Below, one piece after another: positions 21,036 through 30,229 of a DNA stretch of 64,000 nt. The first letter of the stretch is position 1. Each line of letters begins with the position of its first letter. The notes below the pieces were generated by a model. It was not told where the DNA came from, did not search any database, and worked only from the letters and a program-made list of their open reading frames with translations. Location: contig CAKKNE010000002.1 in the NCBI GenBank assembly GCA_918797485.1, forward strand, positions 1,612,001 through 1,676,000, written 5' to 3'. The stretch comes from Pelagomonas calceolata (taxonomy: Eukaryota). A program made the translations under genes and the position numbers.

Positions 21036-23678
21036 ATGGCGGACACCCCGGCATCAACAACCGGCACGAGCCATGATTTTGACCTGTCGAGCGACGAGGA
21101 GGACGACATCCTCCAGAACCTGAAGCAGCAGGCCCAGCGCGGCACACGGAGCTCGGCATCCTACGACCCCGACGCGTCGTCGAACTTCGGCAAGACGACG
21201 GCGTCGTCGGAGGGCACGCCGAACTTCGAGTCCATGCGCGACGCGTTTCGGGAAGCGGGGATGGAGGCCCTCGAGACGAAGTCGCCCGTCGCCGCGCCGC
21301 CGACCGTGGCGAGTGCCGACGAGTCGATCCGGGTGGACTTTGGCGCTGCCGCGCAACGGCAGTCGCTCGCGCACCAGTCCATCGCGTCGGTCGACGGCGT
21401 GATGCTGCAAAGCAGAGACGGAGGTGTCGATGCGGTCGCCGAGGAGCCCCAGCCGCAAACGGACGAGACGTCCGTCTACAGTCCGCCGGGAGCGGAGGAG
21501 GAAAAAGCACCTCTGGCGACCGACGCCACGTCGGTGTATAGTCCACCTGGCGCCTCGGAAGCCCAACCGACGGTGAACACGTCGGCCGACGAGTTTGCTG
21601 CGTTAGCCGCGGCGCAGGAGGACGACTCCGAGTCCGAGGAGGAAGAAGGCGACGATCCGGAGGACCGGCAAGCCCGCGAGGACGTCGGCGCGGCTCTCAA
21701 ACCCGCCAAAAAAGAAGCCTTGGAGCGCCTCGTCGAGCAGTTGCAGCGCGACAACGATAGGTTACAAGCTTCCTTACAATTAGCCTATGAACGGGCCGAA
21801 GCGGCCAAGGGTGAATGGGAGGCTGAACGCGAAGGGTTGGTGCGCCAGGCCAAGGAGGCCGCCACCGAAGCTAAATTAGCGATCGCGTCATCTAAAAGTC
21901 CTACTAAGAGGGAGCCCGGGGAACTGGCGAAGAGCGCGATGGACCCGAGGGCGTCTCGCCTTGCCGCGGAGTTACAGCTAGCAAAAGAAAGAGATGCGTT
22001 GCGGGATGAGGTCAATCAATTGAATGCTTTAAGAGCCAAGGACCAGCAGACCATCAAGCAACTCCAGAGGCAGCCGCCGACGCCGCCGCCGCCGCGGGCG
22101 CCGCCGCCCGAGCAGCGAGCTTTTCAAGATGTGGAAAGGAGGTGTACCGATCTAGAAAGGGAGCTCGAGGACCAACGCGCGGCCCACGAGTACCGGATCC
22201 ACGCTCTTAGAGATGAATTTGAGAAGCTGCGAGACGCCCACGAGCGGAAGCTGCGCGCCGTGAAAGCGGAGGCGGCGCGGAAGGCCAAACAACAACCAGT
22301 AAGGAAGGCACCTACACTGACAGAAAACACGGTGGTAGGCCCCAAGAAGGCCGCCGGCATCTCGCGGCAGGCCCTGCACGCGATCGAGGAGCAGAGTCGC
22401 AAGGACCATGAGGCGAAACTAAAAGCTGAACAGAAGGCCGAGCGCTTACAGAGAGAGCTGGAGGAGGCGAAACAGTCGTTGGTGCGCGCGCGGAACAAGC
22501 TCAAGGCGTCGAACGCGCAGCGCGGGTCCACCGAGACGCTCGCTTCTGTGTCTGCTACCTCATCACCGCCGCCGCCGCGACGGTCGCGCGAGAAGTCGCC
22601 TCACAAACGGAGAGATGAGGAGGCATCGAGTCCGGCGCCGCCGCCGCCCGCGAAACGTCGGGGCGTCGACGTAGGGACGCAGTCACCACGTAGAAAACAC
22701 AAAGACGCCGAGGCGGCGTCGCCCGCGCCTCCACAAAAGCGCCGCGGCGTCGACGCCGGCACGCAGTCGCCCAAGCCTAGGACGACCTCGACCGGCGTGC
22801 AGTCGCCGCGGCCTCCCCAGGAACCGCGGCGCGCCGAGTCGCCCGCGCCGGCTAGAAGAGCGCCGCGCACGGTCGAATCGGAGGACCAAACTTTAGTTGC
22901 TTCTGTCGAGTCCGTGCCGCCGCCGCCTCCACCAGTGGCGCCTGATCTCGAGGGCGAGGCCACGAAGGAGCAGCTCGAGTTGAGGGCGCTGCGGACGGAG
23001 CTCGAGAGAGAGCGCGAGATCAATAGGAGACTGGCGGACGAGCGCGACGCGCCGGAAGAAGAATTAGGTGTGTACAAGGAGCGCGCGGCGGCGTTGAGAG
23101 ATGCGCTGGAGCAGGCGACGCGCGACGCGGAGAAGGAAATGCGGCTGCGGAGAGAAGCCGAGGAGACGCTCCATGCGGTTCAAGCCCAGAAGCCTGAGAA
23201 CGATGCTCTGACGAGTGAAGTCAACAAACTACGAAGTGAACATCGAGACATGGTGCGCGAATTGTCGTCGTCGCGGGAGACCGCACGCCTCGCGGCCGAG
23301 GACGCGGCTCGCTTGCATCGTGCTTTACAGTTACGAGGACCAGGAACGACGACGGAAGTTGCCGTCGCGGCCCTAGCGGCGCAGGTCGATGAACTTGAGT
23401 TAAGAGCGAAGCGCCGGCAAGAAGAAGTGGCTTCTGCTGTATTGGAGGCGAACGCGTCCGCGAAGCTCGAGCTCGCGCGCCACGAGACGCGGGCCGCGGA
23501 AGCCCTCGCGGCGAAGGACGCGCAGCTCATGCGGTTTCGCGGCGAGCTCGACTCGCTCTTGGACGCGTTGCGAGCCGCGGTCGCCGACAAAGCCAGAGCT
23601 CAGGCGGCCGTCTCCGAGAAATTGGCCCAGGACCACCTCACGTTTGCCAACGAAGCCTTCGACGTGGGCGCCGAGTAA
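21036..23678 (+). CDS. Coiled-coil protein, CEP162-like C-terminus
   Basis: KDAQLMRFRGELDSLLDALR resembles the CEP162 C-terminus; long coiled coils. Confidence 0.6.
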   Translation: MADTPASTTGTSHDFDLSSDEEDDILQNLKQQAQRGTRSSASYDPDASSNFGKTTASSEGTPNFESMRDAFREAGMEALETKSPVAAPPTVASADESIRVDFGAAAQRQSLAHQSIASVDGVMLQSRDGGVDAVAEEPQPQTDETSVYSPPGAEEEKAPLATDATSVYSPPGASEAQPTVNTSADEFAALAAAQEDDSESEEEEGDDPEDRQAREDVGAALKPAKKEALERLVEQLQRDNDRLQASLQLAYERAEAAKGEWEAEREGLVRQAKEAATEAKLAIASSKSPTKREPGELAKSAMDPRASRLAAELQLAKERDALRDEVNQLNALRAKDQQTIKQLQRQPPTPPPPRAPPPEQRAFQDVERRCTDLERELEDQRAAHEYRIHALRDEFEKLRDAHERKLRAVKAEAARKAKQQPVRKAPTLTENTVVGPKKAAGISRQALHAIEEQSRKDHEAKLKAEQKAERLQRELEEAKQSLVRARNKLKASNAQRGSTETLASVSATSSPPPPRRSREKSPHKRRDEEASSPAPPPPAKRRGVDVGTQSPRRKHKDAEAASPAPPQKRRGVDAGTQSPKPRTTSTGVQSPRPPQEPRRAESPAPARRAPRTVESEDQTLVASVESVPPPPPPVAPDLEGEATKEQLELRALRTELEREREINRRLADERDAPEEELGVYKERAAALRDALEQATRDAEKEMRLRREAEETLHAVQAQKPENDALTSEVNKLRSEHRDMVRELSSSRETARLAAEDAARLHRALQLRGPGTTTEVAVAALAAQVDELELRAKRRQEEVASAVLEANASAKLELARHETRAAEALAAKDAQLMRFRGELDSLLDALRAAVADKARAQAAVSEKLAQDHLTFANEAFDVGAE

Positions 23679-23682
23679 ATAC

Positions 23683-24837
23683 CTACCTTCCTATGGCTCT
23701 AGCGCCCCGGATCGCGTCGGCCCGCCGCCGCCGCGCGTTGACCAGCTGCCCGTACTCGAAGTTCGAGGGCCTCGCCTTCGAGGGTTGGGGGTCGTAGTCC
23801 TTCAACAATTCCTTCGCGCGCGCGACAAGCTCCGCCTCCTCGGTCGGTATCTCGTATGAAGGCGGCGGCGCCGCCACGACCACCGGCGCCGCGGGCGCGC
23901 CCCCTAGGTCCGCCGTGATCTGCGCGGCCGTGTCCCGCAGCGCCCTCGCGCGTTTTAAGAGAGGGTCATCATCAAAAGTCGCGCCGGGCGGCAGATACGA
24001 CGCGTAGGGGTTGTGGAGCTGCGGCGCTTGGGGTATCACGCCGTCCTTGTAGCCTAGACGTTTTCTGGCGGCGGCCAGGTCTCGTCTATTAGCGGCCGCC
24101 TGTTGCGTTGATTCGCGTCTTGCTCTCGTATTTTGCGTGATGCTGGCCCTATCATTCATCTTCCGCTCGGAGGCCTTCGCCGCCCGCGCCTCAAAGTTCT
24201 CCGTTAAAGCGTCTCTCCTCCTCTGCGCGTCCCGCGCATCCGCTTGTCTCTTGCTCTTGATGTTTGAGGAGCGTTGTTCGGCTTTGGCTCGCCGCTCGAG
24301 TTTCCTTCTCACCTCCTCCGGGCCCTCGCCGGACACGGCGCACGCGATCGCGCTATTCAGAGCCGCGGCGGCGGCGGCCGCGGCCGTGATGCCCGAGGCG
24401 CCCTGGCCCTGGTGCGCTCTTGCCAACGCCTCGAGATCTAGCGAATCGAGCGACGCCGCGACGGACGCTAATCTATTCGCGTGCTTGACGAGCTCCGTGT
24501 CGGCGGACGTGCCGTCTCTTGGTATTTTGCTCGGCGACGTCGGGATTTTGTTTCTACGGCGCAGCGGCGACGGCGACCGCGGCAGCTCAAGTACGGAGGG
24601 CGGCGGCGCCTGCCGCGGCTGTTCCATTACTGAGGGCGGCGGCGCTGCCTCCGCGGGCGCGGCGTGGACGCGCGGCGGCGGCGTCTCCGCCGCGGGCGCG
24701 ACGTGGACGCGCGCGTCGCGGCGCGGCGCGGCTGCCTTTGGCTTGGTGCGTTTTTTGCGGGGCTTCGGCGTCCTCACGCGCGGCGTGATCTGGAGCTCTT
24801 CCCGGCATTCATCGAAGACGTCGTCGAGGAAGCCCAT
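23683..24837 (-). CDS. Hypothetical protein
   Basis: Open ORF from MGFLDD; no recognised domain. Confidence 0.6.
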   Translation of the reverse strand: MGFLDDVFDECREELQITPRVRTPKPRKKRTKPKAAAPRRDARVHVAPAAETPPPRVHAAPAEAAPPPSVMEQPRQAPPPSVLELPRSPSPLRRRNKIPTSPSKIPRDGTSADTELVKHANRLASVAASLDSLDLEALARAHQGQGASGITAAAAAAAALNSAIACAVSGEGPEEVRRKLERRAKAEQRSSNIKSKRQADARDAQRRRDALTENFEARAAKASERKMNDRASITQNTRARRESTQQAAANRRDLAAARKRLGYKDGVIPQAPQLHNPYASYLPPGATFDDDPLLKRARALRDTAAQITADLGGAPAAPVVVAAPPPSYEIPTEEAELVARAKELLKDYDPQPSKARPSNFEYGQLVNARRRRADAIRGARAIGR

Positions 24838-25148
24838 CTGGGCAGCCGTGCGCCGCGATGGCTCGGCGCGAGGACTCCTGTGGGGCGTGGGCAGCCCTGC
24901 GGCGCGCGGGGCAGCCCTTGGCCCGGCCAAAGGTCGATGCGGCGCTGCCAACCACTTCGGCTGTGGGCCCGGGGGTGGAAGGAAGGCTCGGGAGGCCCGA
25001 GCCAGCGGGTCGGGAGGGCGGTGAGCGCTCGGAGCGGCGCGGAAGGGGCTGGGGGGAGAGCGGAAAAATTAATTAAAATCCCGGTCGATCGAGCGGCGCG
25101 TGGCGGCCAGTGGCGGAAGTCCATCAAGGTTGCTTCGGTATGTAGGGT

Positions 25149-25164
25149 GGTTTTTGTAAAAACC
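25149..25164 (-). promoter_or_regulatory. Histone mRNA 3' stem-loop (H2A)
   Basis: GGTTTT-TACA-AAAACC then ACCCTAC, about 55 nt after the stop. Confidence 0.8.
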
Positions 25165-25219
25165 GGGTAGATGAGGTTGGCGCGCTCGTGGGAGCGGCCG
25201 AAGTCAGCAAGCGAGGCGC

Positions 25220-25609
25220 TTACTTCTTGGAGGCCGACTTCTTCGGGAGAAGCGTGGCGTGGATGTTCGGGAGAACACCGCCGGACGCGATCGTGACCGA
25301 GCCCAGGAGCTTGTTGAGCTCCTCGTCGTTGCGGACGGCGAGCTGGATGTGGCGCGGCACGATGCGCGTCTTCTTGTTGTCGCGCGCGGCGTTGCCCGCG
25401 AGCTCGAGGATCTCGGCGCAGAGGTACTCGAGGACGGCGCCCATGTAGACACCGGCACCGACGCCGACGCGCGAGGCGTACTTGCCCTTGCGGAGGTAGC
25501 GGTTGAGGCGCGCCACCGGGAACTGGAGGCCAGCCTTGGACGCCGAGGACGACGAGCCGGAGGACTTGGCCTTGCCCTTGCCGCGGCCACCTTTACCTTT
25601 GCCAGACAT
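25220..25609 (-). CDS. H2A: Histone H2A
   Basis: AGLQFPVAR...[22 protein letters not shown]...GGVLPNIH. Confidence 0.98.
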   Translation of the reverse strand: MSGKGKGGRGKGKAKSSGSSSSASKAGLQFPVARLNRYLRKGKYASRVGVGAGVYMGAVLEYLCAEILELAGNAARDNKKTRIVPRHIQLAVRNDEELNKLLGSVTIASGGVLPNIHATLLPKKSASKK

Positions 25610-25620
25610 GATGTTTTGGG

Positions 25621-25867
25621 GGTGTTTTTTTTCCGATGTGTTGGAGTGGAGAGGCAGCCCGCTGGAGCGCACACATTTCCGGGGCGTCAGCGCGCCGCTA
25701 ATTTTTGGCGACGAATCATTTTGCGACCCCAATTAGCGGCTCGCTCACGCCCCGAAATGTCACAATTTCATTCGTCGCCAAAAGTTAGCGGCTCGCCTGC
25801 GCCCCGGAAATTCGAGCAGCACATCGGGCTGCCTCCCCCAGTCCAACACATCGGAAACAAAAACACC
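25621..25867. promoter_or_regulatory. Palindromic bidirectional histone promoter (arms about 25621-25727 and 25759-25867)
   Basis: Arms are imperfect reverse complements sharing ttccgatgtgttgga, gaggcagcccg, atttccggggcg and gccgctaa.ttttggcgacgaat. Confidence 0.8.
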
Positions 25868-25873
25868 ACAAAA

Positions 25874-26224
25874 ATGGCCAAGACCCCCTCCAAGAAGTCG
25901 GCGAAAGCCCCCAAGAAGGCCGGCGGCGCCAAGAAGAAGAAGTCGCGCACGGAGTCGTACTCGACGTACATCTACCGCGTGCTCAAGCAGGTGCACCCGG
26001 ACACGGGCATCTCCAAGAAGGGCATGTCGATCATGAACTCGTTCATCAACGACATCTTCGAGCGCATCGCCCTCGAGGCCTCCAAGCTGTGCCGCTTCTC
26101 CAAGAAGGCGACGCTCTCGTCCCGCGAGATCCAGACGTCCGTCCGCCTCATGCTCCCGGGCGAGCTCTCCAAGCACGCCGTGTCCGAGGGCACCAAGGCC
26201 GTCACCAAGTTCTCGAGCTCGTAA
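25874..26224 (+). CDS. H2B: Histone H2B
   Basis: [21 protein letters not shown]...[13 protein letters not shown]. Confidence 0.98.
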   Translation: MAKTPSKKSAKAPKKAGGAKKKKSRTESYSTYIYRVLKQVHPDTGISKKGMSIMNSFINDIFERIALEASKLCRFSKKATLSSREIQTSVRLMLPGELSKHAVSEGTKAVTKFSSS

Positions 26225-26296
26225 GCGCTCACCGCCGTCTGAGTAGCAGCTCGCGCTGCGATACGCTCTTGTGACGACGGCACCCACATTTCACCC

Positions 26297-26312
26297 GGTT
26301 TTTCTAAAAACC
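26297..26312 (+). promoter_or_regulatory. Histone mRNA 3' stem-loop (H2B)
   Basis: GGTTTT-TCTA-AAAACC then ACCCTAC. Confidence 0.8.
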
Positions 26313-26716
26313 ACCCTACTCCTCGAAGACACGAGACGGCAGCCTCGCGCGTGTGTTGGGCTGCGCCTTCCTTTTACCTTCGCGCGTCGCCGCGCCCCGA
26401 ACGCCGAGAGACCGCTCCGCCACGCCGTCCCTTCGGCCTCTCTCCCGCTGCGCGCGCCGCCCGTGCCTAAGCATGTTCTGCTACTCTGCTTAGATAGAGC
26501 TAGGCTGCCTAGCCACCGAGCCGGCGTGCCGACGCCTCCCCGCCGGACCCCACGTGACCGCTGCAGACCGCACGCGCCGGCGCACGCGGCGCACGCCCGT
26601 CCCGCCCCCCGGCCCCCATACGCCGTTGCCCCGAGTGGTAGCTCGGAGACGACGACGAGGGGGAGCAGGCGGACGCCAGAAACCCGGGGCCCCGCCGGCC
26701 GCGGGGTAACTGCGCC

Positions 26717-27222
26717 AGGGGGGGGGAAGCCAGATTTTGACAGGCCACAGCGCATACATACGTAGCCCGGTGCGGTGGATTTTCATAAACTAAGGTTCCC
26801 GGGGTCTATTCCCACCTTTTGACCAAGGGAAAGACGAAACGGTTAGGATCTGACGATTTTAGTGGACCGCGAACGTCGCGCCAGTGGCGTTTCGTGCCGC
26901 GCCGGGCGATACTTTTGGCACGCCATCAAGCTAGACGATCGCGTTTGCGCATCAGCTCCACGGAACAGGTACCTAAGGGCCCTCGGGAGACCAAATCACC
27001 GGCGTAGGGCGAAGTTTATTTTTGAAGAAAACCCGAACTGGGAGGGTCGCAATTTGGTTGGCCACACCATGGTACTTTGCGTCCACGTCCCACCGCGAAA
27101 GTGACCCCTCCCGAGTAAAGCGGTGTCGGGGTGTCCTTAGGATGTCCCCAGGTGCCTTCACACCAAAAAGCCACCGCATACGGAGCGATAACAAATTGGG
27201 GATGTCTGGCGTCCCCCCCCCT
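26717..27222. mobile_element. Non-autonomous DNA transposon (MITE), 506 bp
   Basis: 18-bp TIRs AGGGGGGGGGAAGCCAGA / TCTGGCGTCCCCCCCCCT (1 mismatch); 8-bp TSD actgcgcc at 26709-26716 and 27223-27230. Confidence 0.85.
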
Positions 27223-27309
27223 ACTGCGCCCTACCAGGAAAGGATTCTACTACACAATAAATTACTGAGTACGTTCGCGCCCGCAGCACCGCGACGCCAT
27301 CGACTCTCA

Positions 27310-28624
27310 CTACTTCACCTGACACGCGGCGCGCAGCGCATCAGAAAACGTCGCCGCGTCCCACTGTCCGAGTTGCCGCAGCAGCCGTTTGGCGGGCTCG
27401 GCACTCACCAACTTGTACGGGTCCGGATCCAGCCTAAAATGGTGCGCCGCATTCAATATAGTTTGGCAGTTCCGCGCGCGAATTAGGACATACAACGCGT
27501 CGATCTCACAACGTTGCAGGGGACAAACACTATGATATGCTGCCGTAATCGCACAAGCTCGCTGTAGAATCAACATGGTCTCGGCCGGGTCCAGCACCGA
27601 ATCGGCCAACAGTGAAGTCATGCTTGACCCTTTCCCGTCGAAGAGCGCGTAAGCCAGCAAAATGGCCAGATCAAACACGCGACAGCTCCGCACGAAGTCC
27701 CCGAAGTCCACGAGACCCGGCCTGACACCAGCTTCGTCGACCTGTGTTGATTGATACCGTCGCGAAACTGCCGCTGCTCTCTCGCGAGACGCGTGGACTC
27801 TCATGTGGTCATGAAGACGGCGTCGACGCAGCGAGGCACCGCGGCGACGCCGTCGACGCAACTTGAAGTTCGGAAACGTTCGGAAATCACGCTGCGTCGC
27901 GGACCAGGATGTTCTCGTCGTTCGCGTCCCCATGAATTAATTGGCGAGGCAACAACGCGTACGGCGGCGACGCGAGGAAGGCGTCGAACGCATCCAAAGC
28001 TTTCGTGACTCTCTCCTTGACCTCGTCGTCGAACAATTCGTTGAGATAAGGTCTTGACACTGTTGAAACGTTCGCGAGGTCCCAAGCAAGCATCCTCTCG
28101 GAAGAGTCGGCTCCATCACTACGCGGTTCAAAGTGCTCCAATGCGACATCAGTTGCGCCCATGACCTGGCCCAGGGCCCGGTCCAAAGCGCCATTCGCCT
28201 GGCCCCGACACTCGCTCAGTGGAATACCCTCGACCCACGTAATGACGCGCGCGAAACACGTCAGGGACTTCCAGGTGAACTGGACCACGGCCTCACCATG
28301 ATCAGACGCGCGGACGTCCGGCGCCCGGACGCCCGTCGTCCGCACGGCGCGCATCATCGTGTGTTCACAGTCCAAGGCCGCCCTCGTCGCGTCGTCGCCC
28401 GCATGGCCCCTACAAGCGGCGCCACTGGCAGCGATTTTGAGGACGTATGTTTTATCTATCGCTTCTTGTGAGCATTGGACTATCACTTTCCAGTTTTGGT
28501 CGTCATAAGACGGTAACGGTAGGCAGCGGCGGACGGCGCCGACTTTGGCGTAGTGGTCCTTCATTAATTGAGTGGCTTCGGCTGGCGTGAGGAGGGGGCG
28601 GACCTCTTCCGTGAAGGTGGCCAT
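27310..28624 (-). CDS. Aminoglycoside phosphotransferase / hydroxylysine kinase-like; intron 27742-27904
   Basis: LPSYDDQNW, YVLKI, LIHGDANDENIL|VD, GLVDFGD, FDLAILLAY. Confidence 0.8.
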
Positions 28625-28911
28625 GGCGCTCGCGTTTGTTGGCAGCTTAAATCTCTGAGAGCGCTCTCGGAGGCTGTGCGGCACGAGGACGCCTGAGCTC
28701 TCTCGCAGCCAGAGAATGGTAAGTCAGCTTGCAAATGCAGGCGCACGCAAGTCTGCGGTGCCGTAGAGCGGCAGCTATAGCGACAACAAAGCTGCTCCCG
28801 GCCCCGGCTTAAAGTACGGGTTCCACCACCTCGTACACGCGTCCACGTGGTCCCTGGTGGCGCAGAGTCGCCGAACGGCATCCCAGACGCGAGAAGGACG
28901 GGTCCTTCTGT

Positions 28912-28936
28912 GCTAGTGTCTTTACAGGGACGCTAG
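28912..28936 (-). promoter_or_regulatory. Promoter-proximal CTAG motif (copy 5)
   Basis: Reverse complement ctagcgtccctgtaaagacactagc between divergent genes. Confidence 0.55.
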
Positions 28937-29374
28937 CTAATTTTGCATGATACCGGCAACCATGGCGTATAACGCAGCGTGGACGACTCAGAATCACCCC
29001 AGAGCTCGGGGACCTTATTATTGATGCTCGCCGCCCGTCCTGGCTTTCAAACAGCTCGCGAAATGGCCGTCTTGGTGCCGAGTTAGCCGTGGCAGCTGCT
29101 CTGGGCTTTTGGAGGCCCAGCGCGAGCCGCGCGGCGAACGCGCAGCCGAGGACGTTCGCGACACTACCCGCCGCGCCGCCGGACCCGGCAAGAGCACCAA
29201 ATTCGCACGACGAGAGCCGCCTACTGGACCGCCGTTCTCCGATGTCGACTTCGCCGGATGAGCCAACACCGCACAACGAGAGAGCCAGCTCGCCCAAACG
29301 AGCTGAACCGACGCGCAATTCGCCCGAAAGAGCCCAGAACGACGAGAGCCCAGAACGAGCCACATATCACACAG

Positions 29375-30011
29375 GCGCTCCGTTGTGGCGCTGCTGGCGC
29401 TCGCGCCGGCGAGCGGCTACGTCGCGCGCGCGCCGCTGTCCGCCCGGCCGCGGAGGACGGCGCGCGTCGCGCCGTCGATGGCGCTCATCACGGGCTCGCC
29501 CTTCGGCTACTTCGACCCCTTGCAGCTGTCCAAGGGCAAGACGGAGGCCGAGATGAACCAGCTCCGGGAATACGAGCTCAAGCACGGCCGCGTAGCCATG
29601 GCCGCGGTCTTTGGGCTCATCGTCGAGCCGTACATCCACCCTTTGGCGAAGTCGTGCCACCTCGCGCACCCGACGGACCCCATTCTCAGCGGAGTGGAAC
29701 TGAACTTCGCGGGCAAGGCGCAAATTCTCGGCTTCTGCGGCGGCGTCGAGGCCCTCAACTACTTCATCAAGAAGGGCGACAAGTACAAGCCGGGCGACTT
29801 GTTGGGCGCGGCCTACTACGTCGCCGACGAGGAGGACGAGTTGTGGGTCAGTTACCAGGAGAAGGAGCTGAACAACGGCAGATTAGCGATGGTCGCGTTC
29901 GCCGGGTTCATCACGCAGTACGGCCTCTACGGCAACGTCGACGACATGCTCTTCAAGCCCATGATCAAGCCGGCGTCCGAGCTGACGTGCTACGGCTGGC
30001 TCTGCGTGTAG
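29375..30011 (+). CDS. Light-harvesting complex (chlorophyll a/c-binding, LHC/FCP family) precursor; first exon unresolved
   Basis: FGYFDPL, ELKHGRVAM, KELNNGRLAM; bipartite presequence; probable acceptor cacacag at 29374. Confidence 0.9.
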
Positions 30012-30229
30012 ATTGTTTCTGAAGGGGAGTTAAGAAACATTCATTATCCTCATGCGGCGACGGCGTGCCCCCGTCGCCGCTCGCGACGCTCACTCCGACA
30101 AAACTACCTACGACGGCTGTGTGTGTAGAGTGCGGCTCACGGGGGGTCTAGTCCCTAGTCCATAGCATAAGCACAGCAGCAGAGTGGTAAGAGTGGCAGC
30201 CCTGGGCCGGGGGGGCGGCGGGGCGCGAA

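Noticed and set aside
29242..29375. Intron splitting the LHC start codon (AT|G)
   Set aside because: The acceptor at 29374 is plausible but the donor is weak and alternatives exist; needs transcript data
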